This document shows, one piece after another, positions 61,216 through 64,000 of a DNA stretch of 64,000 bases. Location: assembly GCA_964607825.1 (NCBI GenBank), contig CAZSNA010000007.1, positions 1,636 to 65,635 of the forward strand. Direction: 5' to 3'. Positions within the stretch are counted from its first letter, which is position 1. Each line of letters starts with the position of its first letter. The notes below the pieces were generated by a model, which ran no database searches, was not told the DNA's origin, and worked only from the letters and a program-made list of their open reading frames with translations. The stretch is from an uncultured Fibrobacteraceae bacterium (GTDB taxonomy: Bacteria; Krumholzibacteriota; Krumholzibacteriia; LZORAL124-64-63). The position numbers were made by a program, and so were the translations under genes.

Positions 61216-62039
61216 CCGTCGCCTTTCAGGTGGTTCAGTCCGAAGTGCAGGGCCCCCTCCACCACGCCGTGCAGATGGACGCCGGCGGCGCGGTAGACGG
61301 TGGCCGGGGCGTCGAGCAGGGCGTCGAGCAGCGCGGGCTGGGCGTTGGCCGGCACGATGCCGCCGCCGGCCGCCAGCAGGGGCGCCAGGTCGTTGCGGGA
61401 ATCGCCCGCATACAGGATGCGGGGGACGCGGACGCCGGCCGCCTCGGCGATGTGCGTCACCGCCGTGGTCTTGGTGGCGCCGGCGGGCAGGACGTCGAGC
61501 AGGTCGCCGTCCTCGTAGACCCCCGAGCTGCGGATCACCGAGAAGGCCACGCCGAGCTCGTCGAGCCGCGCGCGGGCGGCGGTCTCGGCGTCGTCGCCCT
61601 CGGCGCCGCGGGGCAGCTCGTAGCTCACCTTGAACTCGCCCTGGCGCTCGGGATCCTGCAGCGCCAGGCCGGGCAGATCGGCCAGGCGCATGCGGATGGT
61701 CTCGGTCGTCACGCCGGCCATGGACGCCCGCATGCGCTCGGCGTAGGCCTCGTCGCGACGCCAGAGCCCGGGCGCCCCGGGGTCGGACAGGTGGACCGAG
61801 GTGCCCACGTCGCAGGACAGGGCGTCTGGCCGGGGCAGATTCCAAAACGCCATGGCCTCGACGGCCGAGGCCAGATGACGTCCGGTGACATAGGCCACGA
61901 CCAGGCCCGGATTGGCGGCGCGCAGGGCCTCGAAACGCGCCAGGGCCTCCGGGTGGGAGGGGTCGGGCGCGGCCGGGAAGAGGGTGCCGTCCAGGTCGCA
62001 GGCGAGCAGGCGTGAAGGGGCCGTCTTGTCCATGGTCAT
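61212..62039 (-). CDS. HAD-IIB phosphatase, sucrose-phosphate phosphatase-like
   Basis: LLACDLDGTL (DxDGT motif I) and ...VVAYVTGRHLASA...CDVGTSVH..., which is SPP-like. The start coordinate comes from the track frame (MTMDK...). The stop overlaps the pepP start (ATGA). Confidence 0.7.
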   Translation of the reverse strand: MTMDKTAPSRLLACDLDGTLFPAAPDPSHPEALARFEALRAANPGLVVAYVTGRHLASAVEAMAFWNLPRPDALSCDVGTSVHLSDPGAPGLWRRDEAYAERMRASMAGVTTETIRMRLADLPGLALQDPERQGEFKVSYELPRGAEGDDAETAARARLDELGVAFSVIRSSGVYEDGDLLDVLPAGATKTTAVTHIAEAAGVRVPRILYAGDSRNDLAPLLAAGGGIVPANAQPALLDALLDAPATVYRAAGVHLHGVVEGALHFGLNHLKGDG

Positions 62040-62178
62040 CGGACTGTAGCGCATGGCGGGCCGAGGGGATAGGGTCCGTTTGACACCCCCGGACCCTTCG
62101 CTTAGCCTGTGCCCGGGGAGTCCCGCACAACTCGACCGACCCACCTCGATCCCCAGACACCAACCCGGGAGACGTCCG

Positions 62179-63075
62179 ATGAATCCGCCTCAGGACGCCG
62201 CATCGCCTCGCCCGCTGGTCTTCGGCGAAGTCCTCTTCGACCGCTTTCCCGACGGGACGGACGTACTCGGCGGCGCGCCCTTCAACGTGGCCTGGCATCT
62301 GCAGGGATTCGGGCTGGACCCGCTGTTCATCTCGCGCGTGGGCGACGACGGGACCGGCGCCGCCGTGCGCGCGGCCATGACCGCCTGGGGCCTCGACGCC
62401 GAGGGCCTGCAGACCGATCCGCGTCGCGCGACCGGCGCGGTGACCGTGACCCTGGACGACGGCCAGCCGAGCTTCGACATCCTCGCCGACCAGGCCTACG
62501 ACGCCATCGACGCGGCCGAGGCCGAGGCGGCGACCCAGGAGAGCCGCTTCGGGCTGCTCTACCACGGCACCCTGGCCCTGCGCGACCCGGTCTCGCGGGC
62601 GGCCTGCGACGCCCTGCGGCGGGCCACCCTCGCGCCGATCTTCCTGGACGTGAACCTGCGCCCCCCCTGGTGCGACCACGACGTGGTGCGCTCGGCCCTC
62701 GACCGCACCCGCTGGGCCAAGCTCAACGACGACGAGATCCGCGAGCTGACCGGGGAGCGGGGCGACGTACGTCCGCTGGCGCAGGAACTGGTGGAACGAC
62801 ACGGTCTCGAGGCGGTCATCGCGACCCTGGGCGCCGAGGGCGCCGTCTGGGTGGATCGCGAGGGCGTGGTGGCCGAGGTCGAGCCCGAGGACGGGATCGA
62901 GATCGTCGACACAGTCGGCGCAGGTGACGCGTTTGCAGCGGTTTGCATACGCGGTCTCTTTCTTGACTGGCCGACGGAACGGATCTTGCGGTCTGCTCAC
63001 GGATTCGCCGCCCAGATCTGCGGCATCCGGGGAGCCACCGCGCGCGACCCCCAGCTATATATGCGCGCGAATTGA
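62179..63075 (+). CDS. PfkB-family sugar kinase (fructokinase-like)
   Basis: From MNPPQDAASPRPLVFGEVLFD.... It has ...GGAPFNVAWH... and a C-terminal DTVGAGDAF. Confidence 0.8.
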   Translation: MNPPQDAASPRPLVFGEVLFDRFPDGTDVLGGAPFNVAWHLQGFGLDPLFISRVGDDGTGAAVRAAMTAWGLDAEGLQTDPRRATGAVTVTLDDGQPSFDILADQAYDAIDAAEAEAATQESRFGLLYHGTLALRDPVSRAACDALRRATLAPIFLDVNLRPPWCDHDVVRSALDRTRWAKLNDDEIRELTGERGDVRPLAQELVERHGLEAVIATLGAEGAVWVDREGVVAEVEPEDGIEIVDTVGAGDAFAAVCIRGLFLDWPTERILRSAHGFAAQICGIRGATARDPQLYMRAN

Positions 63076-63089
63076 CGGGGGACTGTGAA

Positions 63090-64000
63090 ATGTTGAGGGA
63101 TGGTGAGCCCGAAGGCCTTTACATCCTGATGATGAGCATCCACGGGCTGGTCAGAGCGGAGAACATCGAACTCGGCCGGGATGCGGACACCGGTGGTCAG
63201 ATCACATACGTGATCGAGATGGCCAAGGCCCTGGCCGCGGACCCGCGCGTGGCCCGCGTGGACCTGCTGGCCCGCCAGGTCGACGGCGTGGATCCGAGCT
63301 ACGCCGCGCCCTACGAGCCCATCTGCGACAAGGCGCAGATCATCCGCATCCCCTGCGGACCGCGCCGCTATCTCTACAAGGAGAACCTCTGGCCCTACAT
63401 GGACGAGTTCGTCCACTTCGCCCACTGCCACGTGCGCATGGTGGGCCGGCCGCCCGACGTGGTGCACGGCCACTACGCCGACGCCGGCTACGCCGGTTCG
63501 GTGCTGGCGCGCGAGCTGGACGTGCCCTTCGTGTTCACCGGCCACTCGCTGGGACGGGTCAAGAAGCAGCGCCTGCTGGACGAGGGGCGCGACGAGGAGG
63601 CCCTGGAGACCCGCTACAAGTTCGAGCGCCGCTTCGCCGCCGAGGAGCAGGCCCTGGCCGCCGCAGACCTGATCGTGACCAGCACCACCCAGGAGATGAC
63701 CCAGCAGTACTCGACCTACGACAACTTCCGCACCCGCCGCATGAAGGTCATCCCCCCCGGCGTGGACCTGGACCGCTTCCGTCCGCCGCGGCGCGGCGAC
63801 GACGACCCGCCCATCAAGGCGGAGCTCGACCGCTTCCTGCGCGAGCCCGACAAGCCCATGATCCTCTGCCTCGCCCGGCCCGACGAGCGCAAGAACTTCC
63901 GCACCCTGGTCAAGGCCTACGGCCGCGATCCGCGCCTGCAGGAGCTGGCCAACCTGGTGCTGGTGGCCGGCACCCGCGACAGCATCGCCGGGCTGAAGCC
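63090..64000 (+). CDS. Sucrose-phosphate synthase-like GT4 glycosyltransferase. The gene runs past the window end.
   Basis: My own translation from the ATG near 63090 (±1) gives MLRDGEPEGLYILMMSIHGLVRAENIELGRDADTGGQITYVIEMAKALAA...HGHYADAGY...FTGHSLG..., the SPS N-terminal glycosyltransferase pattern. There is no stop in the window. Confidence 0.7.
   Translation, partial: MLRDGEPEGLYILMMSIHGLVRAENIELGRDADTGGQITYVIEMAKALAADPRVARVDLLARQVDGVDPSYAAPYEPICDKAQIIRIPCGPRRYLYKENLWPYMDEFVHFAHCHVRMVGRPPDVVHGHYADAGYAGSVLARELDVPFVFTGHSLGRVKKQRLLDEGRDEEALETRYKFERRFAAEEQALAAADLIVTSTTQEMTQQYSTYDNFRTRRMKVIPPGVDLDRFRPPRRGDDDPPIKAELDRFLREPDKPMILCLARPDERKNFRTLVKAYGRDPRLQELANLVLVAGTRDSIAGLK

Noticed and set aside
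58192-61296. 1034-aa + strand ORF across the M14 and pepP region, and 59830..63000, the upstream 600 aa of the long minus ORF
   Set aside because: Only the segments with M14, PepP and HAD motifs are credible. The remainder is GC-skew read-through with no stop codons.
1-64000. Scan of intergenic regions longer than 75 bp for tRNA or ncRNA genes and CRISPR arrays
   Set aside because: I saw no T-psi-C-like GGTTCGAATCC motifs, no cloverleaf-compatible segments and no regularly spaced direct repeats. No RNA genes are called.

Overview
This is a 64-kb window of a very GC-rich (about 70%) bacterial chromosome. Nearly all long ORFs have an equally long antisense or alternate-frame ORF, so each coding strand was chosen by recognisable protein content. 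I rejected the +strand ORFs 7..2694 and 44112..50339 on that basis. Six proteins end in the conserved C-terminal sorting domain of the type IX secretion system (T9SS): a beta-sandwich ending ...GVYF.R......K..L.K. With the high GC content, this points to an FCB-superphylum organism such as Gemmatimonadota or a related candidate phylum; that is an inference. I found no rRNA, tRNA, CRISPR array or clear transposon. The contents, left to right: (1) an 11-gene minus-strand operon with mostly 4-nt ATGA/GTGA start-stop overlaps. It links a T9SS cargo protein, a lipoprotein, a TonB-dependent receptor, a PorV/FadL-like barrel and an NHL lipoprotein to nucleoside salvage (deoxynucleoside kinase, adenosine deaminase, purine nucleoside phosphorylase), a Zn-peptidase, tpiA and an M16 peptidase. 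(2) An AlgI-like MBOAT O-acyltransferase, preceded by a DUF222/HNH endonuclease gene with an AT-rich flank. (3) A lipid-metabolism operon of a CdsA-like protein, an acyltransferase fused to a thymidylate-kinase-like domain, and a DAG-kinase-like lipid kinase. (4) An ECF sigma and anti-sigma pair, divergent from a secreted TPR-CHAT (caspase-like) protein, followed by an orphan PilZ. (5) Several T9SS cargo genes, including an internal-repeat protein, an LVIVD propeller and a 1997-aa triplicated FG-GAP/ASPIC (CRTAC1-like) giant; two of them are bracketed by copies of a 14-bp palindrome TTTACACGTGTAAA. (6) A 19-heme c-type cytochrome fused to a di-heme cytochrome b membrane domain (CbcL-like). (7) Secreted peptidases (transglutaminase-like, S8, M14, PepP). 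(8) A sucrose-synthesis cluster (SPP, fructokinase, SPS).
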